DNA of 64,000 bases from a bacterium (lineage in GTDB: Bacteria; Bacillota; Clostridia; Oscillospirales; Oscillospiraceae), in the NCBI GenBank assembly GCA_963632705.1, contig CAVGVB010000006.1:13783-77782 (forward strand), written 5' to 3'. The notes beneath the pieces are model-generated. The model was not told where the DNA came from. It saw nothing but the letters and a program-made list of their open reading frames with translations, and ran no database searches. Each line of letters begins with the position of its first letter. The first letter of the stretch is position 1. The position numbers were made by a program, and so were the translations under genes. This document shows, one piece after another, positions 39,256 to 48,187 of the stretch.

Positions 39256-39516
39256 TCACTGTTCCGGTGACGCCGCAAACTGCCGGCCGGTGTGGTCGAT
39301 GGTGTAGGGCGGGTCGAGGATCAGCTGGGAGATGGGAATCACGGTGTAGCCGTCGTTGATGAGACAGCTGAGGATGGTGGGCAGAGCTTCCGGCGTGTGC
39401 AGCGCGGCGTTGTGGAACAGGACGATGCTGCCCGGCTGGACCTTGGACATCACCCGCCGGCATATCGTCTCCGCGTCGTAGTCCTTCCAGTCAAGGGAGT
39501 CCCTATCGGCAATGAC
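39256..39516 (-). pseudogene. 3' fragment of a polysaccharide deacetylase gene (copy 1)
   Basis: The translation ...VIADRDSLDWKDYDAETICRRVMSKVQPGSIVLFHNAALHTPEALPTILSCLINDGYTVIPISQLI... is the C-terminal third of a NodB-type deacetylase. No N-terminal part or start codon is present. Confidence 0.7.
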
Positions 39517-39654
39517 TTGAAGCCGTTGCCGCGCAAGGGTTTGCGGGTTTGATGGCGACGCGCATCAGGTGGAAATTTGACCTGTAAATGGGGCGTTTGA
39601 GGGGTGCTTCAGGCGCGGGAGAAGTCAAATACGAGGGGGTGTGCGCGGGGGGAG
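39278..39654. repeat. 377-bp direct repeat, left copy (DR-L)
   Basis: Collinear with 46987-47363 (offset 7709 bp) at roughly 85-90% identity. It covers the deacetylase fragment plus about 140 bp of non-coding sequence ending ...gggggtgtgcgcggggggag. Confidence 0.9.
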
Positions 39655-39736
39655 AAAAGTTAAGGCACGCCAAAATGTGCATGATCGGAATTGAGAAATT
39701 CAACTGAATGAATTATAAAAATTCGACTGAATGATG

Positions 39737-39765
39737 TTGCAAAATGGAAGGGAACGGGATATAAT
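39737..39765 (+). promoter_or_regulatory. sigma-A-type promoter for the ATPase gene
   Basis: TTGCAA, 17 bp, TATAAT. Confidence 0.55.
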
Positions 39766-39794
39766 AAGAGCAATCCGTCATCGAGGTGATTGTA

Positions 39795-41072
39795 ATGGAC
39801 CATCCAGATTACAAACCCCGCGTAATCGACGCTAAGGTGGAGGAATACCTGTCCGCCTTTGGCGCTGCCTGCATTGAGGGGCCGAAATGGTGCGGCAAGA
39901 CATGGACTTCTTCTTACCACAGCAAAAGTGAGATCTATATTGGTAATCCCGCCAATAACTTTCAAAACCGTCAGTTGGCTGAATTGTCTCCCTCGCTGGT
40001 ACTAGAGGGTGAGGCACCGCGCTTGATCGATGAATGGCAGGAAGTTCCCGCGCTATGGGATGCTGTGCGATATAAAGTGGATCAGGTCTCAGAGAAAGGA
40101 CAGTTTATCTTGACCGGTTCCGCTACGCCCAATCACAAGGGTATCCTGCACAGCGGTGCCGGGCGCATCGCAAAGCTGAGGATGCGTCCGATGTCGCTGT
40201 ATGAGTCCGGTGATTCCAGCGGCAAGGTCTCTTTGGAAAAGCTGTGTCATGGCGAACTTACTCCTGCCATGACCGGTGATGTAGACCTCAAAAAGCTGAT
40301 CGAACTGATCCTCCGCGGCGGCTGGCCTGGAAGTCTCGGGCTACCGCTGGAACATGCAATGCTGCTTCCTGCGGAATACTTGAATGCCGTCATCGATGAT
40401 GATGTGTACCGCATTGATGGCGTAAAGCGTGATACGCAGAAAATGCGTTTGCTGCTGCGTTCGCTGGCGCGGAACGAGAGCACCACCGTCACGAATAAGA
40501 CCTTGATGAAAGATATTAAAGCTGTGGATGACGAGGACATTGACGGCAACACAGTAGCGGCCTACTTGGATATTTTCAAGCGGCTGTTCATCACGGATAA
40601 TCAACCACCGTTCTCTGCCGGTATTCGCTCATCCGTCCGAGTAAAACAGGCGGAAAAGCGACATTTCTCTGATCCATCGCTGGCCTGTGCGCTACTGAAG
40701 GCAACCCCTGACAGACTGTTGGGTGATCTGGAAACGCTCGGTTTTTTGTTTGAAGCTCTGTGTGAGAGGGATCTTCGTGTTTATGCGGAATCTTTCGGCG
40801 CAAATCTATACCACTATCAGGACTACAAGAATCAAGAGATAGACGCGGTAATTGAATTGCCGGATGGGCAATGGTGTGCCTTTGAGATCAAGTTGGGAGC
40901 TAACCAGATCGACGCTGCGGCAGCAAATCTTTTGGAGATAGAGAAACAGATCGCAGAAGACCCAAAAGGCAAGTCGCCTGCCGTGCTCTGCGTACTGTGC
41001 GGCATGGCGAATGCCGCTTACCAGCGACCGGATGGAGTTTTTGTCGTGCCGATTACGGCCTTGAAAAACTGA
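39795..41072 (+). CDS. AAA-family ATPase (AAA_14/DUF4143-like)
   Basis: Walker A-like GPKWCGKT and Walker B-like LIDEWQ. The C-terminal half resembles DUF4143 (...YHYQDYKNQEIDAVIE...). GAGGTGA precedes the ATG at 39795. Confidence 0.75.
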   Translation: MDHPDYKPRVIDAKVEEYLSAFGAACIEGPKWCGKTWTSSYHSKSEIYIGNPANNFQNRQLAELSPSLVLEGEAPRLIDEWQEVPALWDAVRYKVDQVSEKGQFILTGSATPNHKGILHSGAGRIAKLRMRPMSLYESGDSSGKVSLEKLCHGELTPAMTGDVDLKKLIELILRGGWPGSLGLPLEHAMLLPAEYLNAVIDDDVYRIDGVKRDTQKMRLLLRSLARNESTTVTNKTLMKDIKAVDDEDIDGNTVAAYLDIFKRLFITDNQPPFSAGIRSSVRVKQAEKRHFSDPSLACALLKATPDRLLGDLETLGFLFEALCERDLRVYAESFGANLYHYQDYKNQEIDAVIELPDGQWCAFEIKLGANQIDAAAANLLEIEKQIAEDPKGKSPAVLCVLCGMANAAYQRPDGVFVVPITALKN

Positions 41073-41086
41073 TTCTTCGGTTCTCA

Positions 41087-42247
41087 GCTGTAGTTCCATG
41101 GTAGTTTTCGGTATGGTATAATCGTCAGGAACAATGCGTCATTGTGGATTGCGTTGTAGTTCCCTGGTAGTTCTTGGTATGGTATAATACTTGTGATATA
41201 GTTGAACAAATCACCAAAGTTGTAGTTCCCTGGTAGTTCTTGGTATGGTATAATCTGCCCTGCAGCGACTTTGTCAGCTCGCCGGTTGTAGTTCCCTGGT
41301 AGTTCTTGGTATGGTATAATGCACGCCTCAGCCACATGATCCCGCATTCGGGTTGTAGTTCCCTGGTAGTTCTTGGTATGGTATAATGAGAGCTGACATT
41401 TGAAAAGCATAATTCTGGTTGTAGTTCCCTGGTAGTTCTTGGTATGGTATAATCTCTGGGACGGCAAGGCGTTTTTGTTCAAGGTTGTAGTTCCCTGGTA
41501 GTTCTTGGTATGGTATAATCGGACAGGGCAATGGCCCGGAAAGGAAAACGTTGTAGTTCCCTGGTAGTTCTTGGTATGGTATAATTGCCGCCAAACAGCG
41601 CGGCACATACGTCAAGTTGTAGTTCCCTGGTAGTTCTTGGTATGGTATAATTGGCATAGAATACACAAAGGGGCAAACGCGGTTGTAGTTCCCTGGTAGT
41701 TCTTGGTATGGTATAATTTCATATTTGCACCCCTTTCTATACTTCACAGTTGTAGTTCCCTGGTAGTTCTTGGTATGGTATAATAGACGAAAAAAAATCG
41801 TATGTCAAGTCAATGTTGTAGTTCCCTGGTAGTTCTTGGTATGGTATAATACGGGCGGATGAGCCGCCCACCCCAGAAGAGTTGTAGTTCCCTGGTAGTT
41901 CTTGGTATGGTATAATTTTCCCGTTGAGTTTCAGTGAGATACTGCGGTTGTAGTTCCCTGGTAGTTCTTGGTATGGTATAATGCTACCAAAAAATTCAAA
42001 GGAGCTGTAAACGTTGTAGTTCCCTGGTAGTTCTTGGTATGGTATAATATCTGAGCTCTGCGGAGATCTCTCAGCAAGGTTGTAGTTCCCTGGTAGTTCT
42101 TGGTATGGTATAATGTTCCCGACAGGTCGGTATCCACGTCTTCGGTTGTAGTTCCCTGGTAGTTCTTGGTATGGTATAATCTTAGAAGCCGCGTCACGGT
42201 CGGCGCGGCCCGTTGTAGTTCCCTGGTAGTTCTTGGTATGGTATAAT
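41087..42247 (+). CRISPR. type II-C CRISPR array, 18 repeats and 17 spacers
   Basis: 36-nt repeat GTTGTAGTTCCCTGGTAGTTCTTGGTATGGTATAAT with spacers of 30-31 nt. Repeats start at 41087 (degenerate, 4 mismatches), 41153, 41219, 41285, 41352, 41418, 41484, 41550, 41616, 41682, 41749, 41815, 41881, 41947, 42013, 42079, 42145 and 42212. The strand is given for the canonical GTTGTAG... orientation. Confidence 0.97.
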
Positions 42248-42256
42248 AGACTACCG

Positions 42257-42295
42257 AAAAAGTCGCTCAAGGCAATGCCTTGGGCGACTTTTTTC
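42257..42295. terminator. bidirectional terminator between the array and cas2
   Basis: aaaa-agtcgctcaagg-caat-gccttgggcgact-tttttt. Confidence 0.8.
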
Positions 42296-42616
42296 TCAAA
42301 AAATCGAGAGCTGTTCACACTGAAATGTATCATCGGCTTCTGATAATTTTCCCAAAAGCACGTCAATGGCTTCGTACTGCTTCTCCGTGATGACCATCAG
42401 GCGGATCGCGCCATTGGCCGGCAGATTTTGCTTGACCCGTTGACGATGCTTTTCCACGGCGTCCATGCCGTTGCAGACGCGGGCATAGACGGAATACTGA
42501 AGCATATGGTATCCGTCCATCAGCAAAAAGTTACGGAAGCGGGTAGCTTCCCGCCGCTGCGCCTTCGTCTTGACCGGCAGGTCGAAAAACACCAGGATCC
42601 TCATAAACTTATTCAT
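42296..42616 (-). CDS. cas2: CRISPR-associated endoribonuclease Cas2
   Basis: 106 aa. MRILVFFDLPVKTKAQRREATRFRNFL... Overlaps the end of cas1. Confidence 0.95.
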   Translation of the reverse strand: MNKFMRILVFFDLPVKTKAQRREATRFRNFLLMDGYHMLQYSVYARVCNGMDAVEKHRQRVKQNLPANGAIRLMVITEKQYEAIDVLLGKLSEADDTFQCEQLSIF

Positions 42617-43508
42617 AGCGGTGCTGCTCGGATTCCAGCAGCGTGGGCAGGGTAAGCTTCATTTCAGGCCGCTCCATAGCACGCCCCAGACTTTGTACCA
42701 GTCGCTCCACGGCATAGGCCACGCTGTGGTGCTGTCGTCCCGATAAGATATCCAGATTCAGGCAGTTGAACAGAAGCCGCTTTTGCGGCGGCGTCAATTC
42801 ATCTTCGGATGCAATGCTCCGCGACACCAGAAGATCGACGACCGGGCGAAACGGCTCAATCAGGTCATCCGCAAGGTTAAAGGCATTCAGCGTACTGCGA
42901 TGGTGCAGTCCCAGCGCAGGCAGGAAGCCGTACACTGCCAGATGGCGTGCAATGCAGCCTCGCAGGATCGCGTAGCCATAGTTCAATCCCGCGTTGATGC
43001 CGTTTTCCTCTCCACGGGTAAAGCCCTGCCCGAATAGCGCCGGAAAATAGAGCTGTGCGGCCGTGGCTTCCACATTTTCGCTGTCGCCGGAGCGCACGCG
43101 GTCGATCATCGCGCGAAGCGTATCCGCTTCCGCGGTGTGCTCTGTCAGCTGCAGGCATATGGCCTGATTCTCTATTTTAGCCTTGACGATGCTTTGCCAC
43201 AGGCGTTTTTTCGCCGGCTCGGTCATGCTCATCTGCATCCGCAGAACGGACAGTCCCCGACTGTGCTGCTGATACGGCGTCAGAACTGCGCAGGGCAGAT
43301 GCTTTTCATCGCAGGTAAAAACGGCGCAGCCGCGCTGTCCCAAGCGGGACAGCGCGGCTGTTGTAATGGTGGTCTGACGGCTTTCCAATAAAAGCGCGGA
43401 AATATCCTCAATGGGCACAGAGTGTTCACTGTCCGTGCGGACGATCAACTGCTCTCTCCGCAAGGAGAGAGCGGCGGGACTCTCAACAATAATATTCCGA
43501 AAAGCCAT
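42609..43508 (-). CDS. cas1: CRISPR-associated endonuclease Cas1 (type II)
   Basis: About 299 aa. AGTGAGGT precedes the ATG at 43508; the track start at 43514 is a TTG. Confidence 0.95.
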   Translation of the reverse strand: MAFRNIIVESPAALSLRREQLIVRTDSEHSVPIEDISALLLESRQTTITTAALSRLGQRGCAVFTCDEKHLPCAVLTPYQQHSRGLSVLRMQMSMTEPAKKRLWQSIVKAKIENQAICLQLTEHTAEADTLRAMIDRVRSGDSENVEATAAQLYFPALFGQGFTRGEENGINAGLNYGYAILRGCIARHLAVYGFLPALGLHHRSTLNAFNLADDLIEPFRPVVDLLVSRSIASEDELTPPQKRLLFNCLNLDILSGRQHHSVAYAVERLVQSLGRAMERPEMKLTLPTLLESEQHRYE

Positions 43509-43517
43509 ACTCAAACC

Positions 43518-46500
43518 TCACTTTCTGCAAAACGCCATGCGCGGCTCTTTCTCGACCTTGTGGTATTCGCCCAGTACATCCACGGTAAACTTTTCCAGAT
43601 TTTCCAGGGTTTTGATTCCCATACCGCCAATCTCGTAGGTATTGTCATGGTTACGGCAACCGATTGCGGCAGTATGGATATTCGCGCTGATGTAATACAG
43701 CATTTCCTGCTTTGCTTCGTAGGTGTCGGGAAGTGTGCTTTCCTTCTGCGCCTTTGTCAGCTTCAGCTTTGTCTTATGGGTCACACGGAGCAGATCATTG
43801 GGGTACAAGGAAAAGATAAAGTTCTTGTCGTCCATCTCCTTCCATTGTTCGTAGGGTTTATACGCCACACACGCCTTGTTGGGCAGCTCCTTTTTCAGCG
43901 TGTCAGCAATATAGATGGGTACAAAGTAATAGCCGTCGTTCTCCACATGGAACACATCGATACGCACCATGCTGTCGTTGTCCGCCACGCCTGTTCCCTT
44001 CAGAACGGAGACGTTCAGCGTCGTGGGTTCACACAGCTTGACCTTGTTGACGACAGGGCCGGGCGTACCGTCGCTTTTCGGCTTATGGAAAGGCTCGGCA
44101 AAAGCCTTGGCCCCGTTGCCGCCGTGCTTCTTTAATTGCTCCTTCAATGCCTCATAGAGCAGACGGTCACTCTGCGGCATATAGTAGTTGGCGATCTCGC
44201 CGGTCTTGGGGTCAAGCTTCAGGTCGGTCAACGCGCGCTTCACGACCACAACGCCGTCCTTCAGCGCCTTGGGACTCTTGACCGTCTCCTTGTGTGCCGC
44301 ACCTGTCACCTTGCGGCGGGGCATACGGGATACAAAGAGCTTCCGCACCGGAATATCGCCGTTGGCATACACAGGGAATCGCTGGGAGATCACAGCGCGG
44401 CGGGGATCCTCACCCAGACGGGCCTCCAACTCTCTGCGGAACTCCGGCCAGGGATAGGGGAACTGCCTCAGTACTTCGCCGGTATATTGGGAAACCGCCA
44501 TGCTGCCAGACTCTGTCTGCACATACTCGCATTCCCGCAGCGCGGCATAACGGCTCACCTGCTGGATCATTCCGTCTGTTGTGCAGGCGATCACCAGCGC
44601 GTCTACCGCGTGGTGCAGATCCCCGTTTTCGCGGATCTTGGTAATGCCCCAGCGCTTGCGCATATAGGAGGTGACAGCGCCGTTGACGGCCGTCACATGC
44701 TTCTTTCGCCCGCTGGCAAAATCGGCAAATTCCAGATGGTCGCTGATATAGTTCAGAAGGAAGCGGGACATGGTTTTGGTGTCCTGCAAATTCCGCTCCT
44801 TGAACTTCTTTTCGTCCTCAGTGGTAATGGTCTCCTTCAGCAGCCGCTGTTTTTTTCTGAAATCGCGGATGCTGCTCTCCACCCAGACAATGAAATCCTC
44901 CCGCCGCTTGCCCTGCAAATATTGCAGCGGCAGGCGGTTGCTCTTGTTGCGGTTTTCCTCCGTGAATACCAGCACCTTGTTTTTATAGCCATCGTCAAAG
45001 GAGATGCTGTACGGAATGATATGATCCACCTCCACATACCCCGGCTCAAAGAGCCGCTCAATGGAGATATGCCTTTGGGAATACGCGCACTCGCCGTGCT
45101 GCTCCTCCCACAGCTTGAATTTCACCAGATCCTGTCCCGTGGGGCATTCCTTGCCGTATTCCGTGCGGATGCGCTCCATGAGCCGCTCATTGCGGGCGCG
45201 GTTTTCGTCCATATCTCTTTTCATCTTGCTGCGCTCCGCGAAGTCGCGGGCCATTTCCCGTGCCAGCTCAATGTTGATAAAGGTCGGACTGCTGCCGCGT
45301 TCACGGATAATGGCGTTAAGGACTTTCACCGTTTGCGAGATTGCGCGCCGCACAACAGGGCTTGTCACATCCGCGAAATCCTCCTCCGTAGGGTGGAGAA
45401 GGCGTGTTCGTGTTTCACCGTCATGTCCCTTGAAATCATATCCCGCAGCGGCGCAGGCCTCGTCGTACTTCATTCCTTTTTCCAGAAAAGGGATCAGCTT
45501 ATCGCAGGCCTTTACGGAAAGGTGGCCGAACTTGCTGAAGCTCATCGTCTCGGCAATGTCGATCTCCATCTCTGACAGGCCGACCGCAGCCAAACGAGGA
45601 CGGATATTGACGGAAGTCTTGTACGTGGAGAGAACGCGTCCCAGCTCATTTTTCTGCTGGCGGGTCAGCCCGTCAAAATGGCTTTTGGAAAGCTTGTTGA
45701 AAGCCGCACGCATTTGGTGATAGGCTCTGAGATAGCAGAACTTTGTTTTCTTTTCCGCCTCCTCATAGTCCTCCGCATTCTTATAGGACACCACATTAAA
45801 CGTCGTACCTGCGGGGATTCCCAGCTCCTTGCGAATACGGGAGAAATTCAGGTCCTTCGTCTTATGTGCCAGCGCGATAAGCGCCTCCCGCTGTGCGCCG
45901 GAAAGCGGACTGCTTTCGCCGCTGCACATCAGCCGCAGGTGGTTGACATTCTGAAGCAGCGCAAAATACTCAAAGGAATAGCTGGCCTTTGCCGCACGCG
46001 GCTCTCCCGCCTCCAACGTACACTTGCCGATCATCTTCTCAATCTGACTCCCTCCATAGGGGCTGCCCTGTCCGGGGCCTTCGTCAAAGGAGCGCTGGCT
46101 CAGGAGTATTTCCAGATATTGCTCCTCCAGTTCCGCCGCCGCGAAAGTCTGTCCCTGTTCGCGCTGGGCCTTGAAGATGGCGCGGACTTCTTCCTCTACC
46201 ATGTCCCGTCCCACGGTCGAAAGGTATTTGCCGCCTTTGTTCCGCTTATTGGCGCTGTACTGCGGGTCTTTCAGCAGCATTTCGCCCACTGTGCGGTAGC
46301 CCTTTTCGGACATGAGCGCACGGTTGGCCGTTACGGCGGCAAGCAGCTCGCCATCCTCCTTCAATGTGCCGGACTTGCGGTTGGACTTGAAACCGCGCCG
46401 CTGCGCGATATGCAGAAGAATACGGGAAAATTCGGTGTTGGACACCGGGGTGTCCAGTGCCTTGACGCGCAGCGCGTAAATATCCTCCAGCTTTCCTTCG

Positions 46501-46781
46501 AAAAGGGTATCCAGCTCCGCTTGAGATACTACCTTTTCCACTATAAGAAGGCGGCGGATGCGTTCTAGGCGATGTTGGTGTCGACGCAGACGGCGGCGCG
46601 CACTTCTGGCTTCCCGCCGGGGTGCGGCCAAAGAATCGCCTGTTTTCGGCTGCTCGGCGGCATCAAAAACGCGGGAGCCCATGTTGATGATGCCGAAAGG
46701 CCTGTCCTCTCCATCCAGAGCGACGACCGCCCAGCCTACCGATGCAATACCAATGTCAAAACCGATAGCGTAGGGATACAT
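43518..46781 (-). CDS. cas9: Cas9, type II-C
   Basis: 1087 aa. RuvC-I motif GFDIGIASVGWAV, an arginine-rich bridge helix, and the HNH motif VEVDHIIPYSISFDDGYKNKVLV...NRNKSNR. No csn2 or cas4 is present in the locus. Confidence 0.97.
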   Translation of the reverse strand: MYPYAIGFDIGIASVGWAVVALDGEDRPFGIINMGSRVFDAAEQPKTGDSLAAPRREARSARRRLRRHQHRLERIRRLLIVEKVVSQAELDTLFEGKLEDIYALRVKALDTPVSNTEFSRILLHIAQRRGFKSNRKSGTLKEDGELLAAVTANRALMSEKGYRTVGEMLLKDPQYSANKRNKGGKYLSTVGRDMVEEEVRAIFKAQREQGQTFAAAELEEQYLEILLSQRSFDEGPGQGSPYGGSQIEKMIGKCTLEAGEPRAAKASYSFEYFALLQNVNHLRLMCSGESSPLSGAQREALIALAHKTKDLNFSRIRKELGIPAGTTFNVVSYKNAEDYEEAEKKTKFCYLRAYHQMRAAFNKLSKSHFDGLTRQQKNELGRVLSTYKTSVNIRPRLAAVGLSEMEIDIAETMSFSKFGHLSVKACDKLIPFLEKGMKYDEACAAAGYDFKGHDGETRTRLLHPTEEDFADVTSPVVRRAISQTVKVLNAIIRERGSSPTFINIELAREMARDFAERSKMKRDMDENRARNERLMERIRTEYGKECPTGQDLVKFKLWEEQHGECAYSQRHISIERLFEPGYVEVDHIIPYSISFDDGYKNKVLVFTEENRNKSNRLPLQYLQGKRREDFIVWVESSIRDFRKKQRLLKETITTEDEKKFKERNLQDTKTMSRFLLNYISDHLEFADFASGRKKHVTAVNGAVTSYMRKRWGITKIRENGDLHHAVDALVIACTTDGMIQQVSRYAALRECEYVQTESGSMAVSQYTGEVLRQFPYPWPEFRRELEARLGEDPRRAVISQRFPVYANGDIPVRKLFVSRMPRRKVTGAAHKETVKSPKALKDGVVVVKRALTDLKLDPKTGEIANYYMPQSDRLLYEALKEQLKKHGGNGAKAFAEPFHKPKSDGTPGPVVNKVKLCEPTTLNVSVLKGTGVADNDSMVRIDVFHVENDGYYFVPIYIADTLKKELPNKACVAYKPYEQWKEMDDKNFIFSLYPNDLLRVTHKTKLKLTKAQKESTLPDTYEAKQEMLYYISANIHTAAIGCRNHDNTYEIGGMGIKTLENLEKFTVDVLGEYHKVEKEPRMAFCRK

Positions 46782-46802
46782 AGCATGTCCTCCTCATACT
46801 CC

Positions 46803-46902
46803 CGGATAGAGATAACGCCCCGCTTACGCGAGGCGTTAGAGCTCTGCGGTGTACTACCTTATCATAGTAACCTGCATAGTTCTTGGTATGGTATAAAGAA
46901 CT
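46803..46902 (-). ncRNA. predicted tracrRNA
   Basis: Positions 46877-46896 are identical on the plus strand to repeat positions 16-35, so minus-strand RNA is complementary to the crRNA. Positions 46861-46876 pair with repeat positions 1-15 through G-U wobbles and a 2-nt internal bulge. An AAGG nexus follows, then the hairpin AACGCCUC-GCGUAAGC-GGGGCGUU (46837-46814). The ends are approximate. Confidence 0.7.
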
Positions 46903-46908
46903 ATAACC

Positions 46909-46937
46909 AATATAGCATGAATTTTAACGAATTGCAA
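46909..46937 (-). promoter_or_regulatory. promoter for the tracrRNA
   Basis: On the minus strand: TTGCAA (46937-46932), 17 bp, TATATT (46914-46909). Confidence 0.5.
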
Positions 46938-46958
46938 GGGCTTTGTATATTTTTCTGC

Positions 46959-47225
46959 TTATTCTGCGGATAACATCTCCGTCGGGAACTGCCGCCCGGT
47001 ATGGTCGATGGTGTAGTCTCCCGTCAGGATCAGCTGGCTGATGGGCACCACGGTGTAGCCGTCGTTGATGAGGTATTCCAAAATGCGTGGCAGCGCCTCT
47101 GGCGTGTGCAGCGCCGCGTTGTGGAACAGCACGATGCTGCCCGGCTGCACCCTGGACGTCACCCGCTGATAGATGGTGTCGGCATCGTAGTCCTTCCAGT
47201 CCAGGGAGTCCCTATCGGCAATGGC
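46959..47225 (-). pseudogene. 3' fragment of a polysaccharide deacetylase gene (copy 2)
   Basis: ...DSLDWKDYDADTIYQRVTSRVQPGSIVLFHNAALHTPEALPRILEYLINDGYTVVPISQLI... is a paralogue of copy 1 and is likewise 5'-truncated. Confidence 0.7.
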
Positions 47226-47363
47226 TTGAAGCCATTGCGGCGCAAGGGTTTGCGGGTTTGACTGAAATGCGCATCAGGCAAAAAATTGACCTGTAAATGG
47301 GGCGCTTGAGGAGTGTTTCAGGCGCGGGAGAGGTCAAATACGAGGGGGTGTGCGCGGGGGGAG
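46987..47363. repeat. 377-bp direct repeat, right copy (DR-R)
   Basis: See DR-L. Confidence 0.9.
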
Positions 47364-47391
47364 GTGGTTGAAAGGAATTGCGTCCGAATGA

Positions 47392-47420
47392 GAAAAGTGT
47401 GCAATCATTGCACACTTTTC
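47392..47420. repeat. palindromic hairpin family AAGTGTGCAATCATTGCACACTT, copy 1
   Basis: gaaaagtgtgcaatcattgcacacttttc. The same 23-bp core recurs at 54268-54293 and 63834-63856. Confidence 0.9.
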
Positions 47421-47446
47421 CTTGCAGACAGCTTTTGAGATAAAGC

Positions 47447-47476
47447 AAAGCACGGAGTCAAAAGGCTCCGTGCTTT
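47447..47476 (-). terminator. terminator of the flavin reductase gene
   Basis: aaagcacggag...ctccgtgcttt, with a T-rich tail on the minus strand. Confidence 0.75.
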
Positions 47477-47480
47477 ACGC

Positions 47481-48041
47481 TTATTTCAGTTTTTTGCCGT
47501 CCTCAAAGGCGTTGCCGACTTTCTCGCCAAGGACGAGGTAGTCGTTGTGCACAGGGTCAAAGGTGATCGGCTGCAGCTTCTGCGGGTCGATCTTCCCTTC
47601 CTTGTCCAGAATGCGTTCGTCGGCGGAGACGTTCACGATCGCGCCCAGCAACAGCTCAGACTCCTCGTCAAAGCTGATCAGTTTGCACTCCAGCGTCATG
47701 GGCAGTTCGTCGATAACCGGTGCGTCCACCACCTCGCTCTTGGTCACATGGAATCCGGCGCGCGCCATCTTATCCGGCGTTGTATTGCCGGAGACAATGC
47801 CCACATAGCCGCAGGCGTCCACATGGGCCGCGTCCGCCATGCTGACGGTAAATGCCTTGTGGTTCAGGATGTTTTTCACCGTTTTGTGGCTGCCGCTGAG
47901 GTACATGGCGATGCGGTTCATGTCCGCGATACCGCCCCAAGCGGCATTCATGGCGTCTGGAGTACCATCCTCGCCGTAGGTCGCGATGATCAAAACGGGC
48001 TGAGGGTACAGCCCGGGCTTTGCTCCAAAATTCTTACGCAT
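47481..48041 (-). CDS. flavin reductase-like (FMN-binding split-barrel) protein
   Basis: AGGAGG, then the ATG at 48041. MRKNFGAKPGLYPQPVLIIATYGEDGTPDAMNAAWGG... Confidence 0.8.
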   Translation of the reverse strand: MRKNFGAKPGLYPQPVLIIATYGEDGTPDAMNAAWGGIADMNRIAMYLSGSHKTVKNILNHKAFTVSMADAAHVDACGYVGIVSGNTTPDKMARAGFHVTKSEVVDAPVIDELPMTLECKLISFDEESELLLGAIVNVSADERILDKEGKIDPQKLQPITFDPVHNDYLVLGEKVGNAFEDGKKLK

Positions 48042-48187
48042 AGTTCCGTCCTCCTGCTTCAAGATTATACTACCCTCATGAGGGAAGAAAGAGAAAGACT
48101 TAGTAAAATCCGCATTTAGTTATTCTTTATTTTGCTTTTCTATATTTGGTTGTGGGGGGGCCTGTCCAGGTTTTCCCAAGACAGGTT

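Noticed and set aside
39503-39703. 66-aa and 78-aa ORFs (39503-39703 and 47212-47448) in the non-coding part of the 377-bp repeats
   Set aside because: The two copies differ by indels and substitutions that do not preserve a reading frame. There is no RBS, so the conservation looks like conservation at the nucleotide level.
41084-42366. Minus-strand ORFs with reiterated IIPYQELPGNYN / LYHTKNYQGTTT peptides
   Set aside because: They are translations of the 36-nt CRISPR repeat in different frames, not genes.
46861-46896. An orphan or degenerate extra CRISPR repeat upstream of cas9
   Set aside because: It has no adjacent spacer-repeat unit. It also has the wobble and bulge pattern, the nexus and the terminator expected of an anti-repeat, so it is annotated as the tracrRNA instead.
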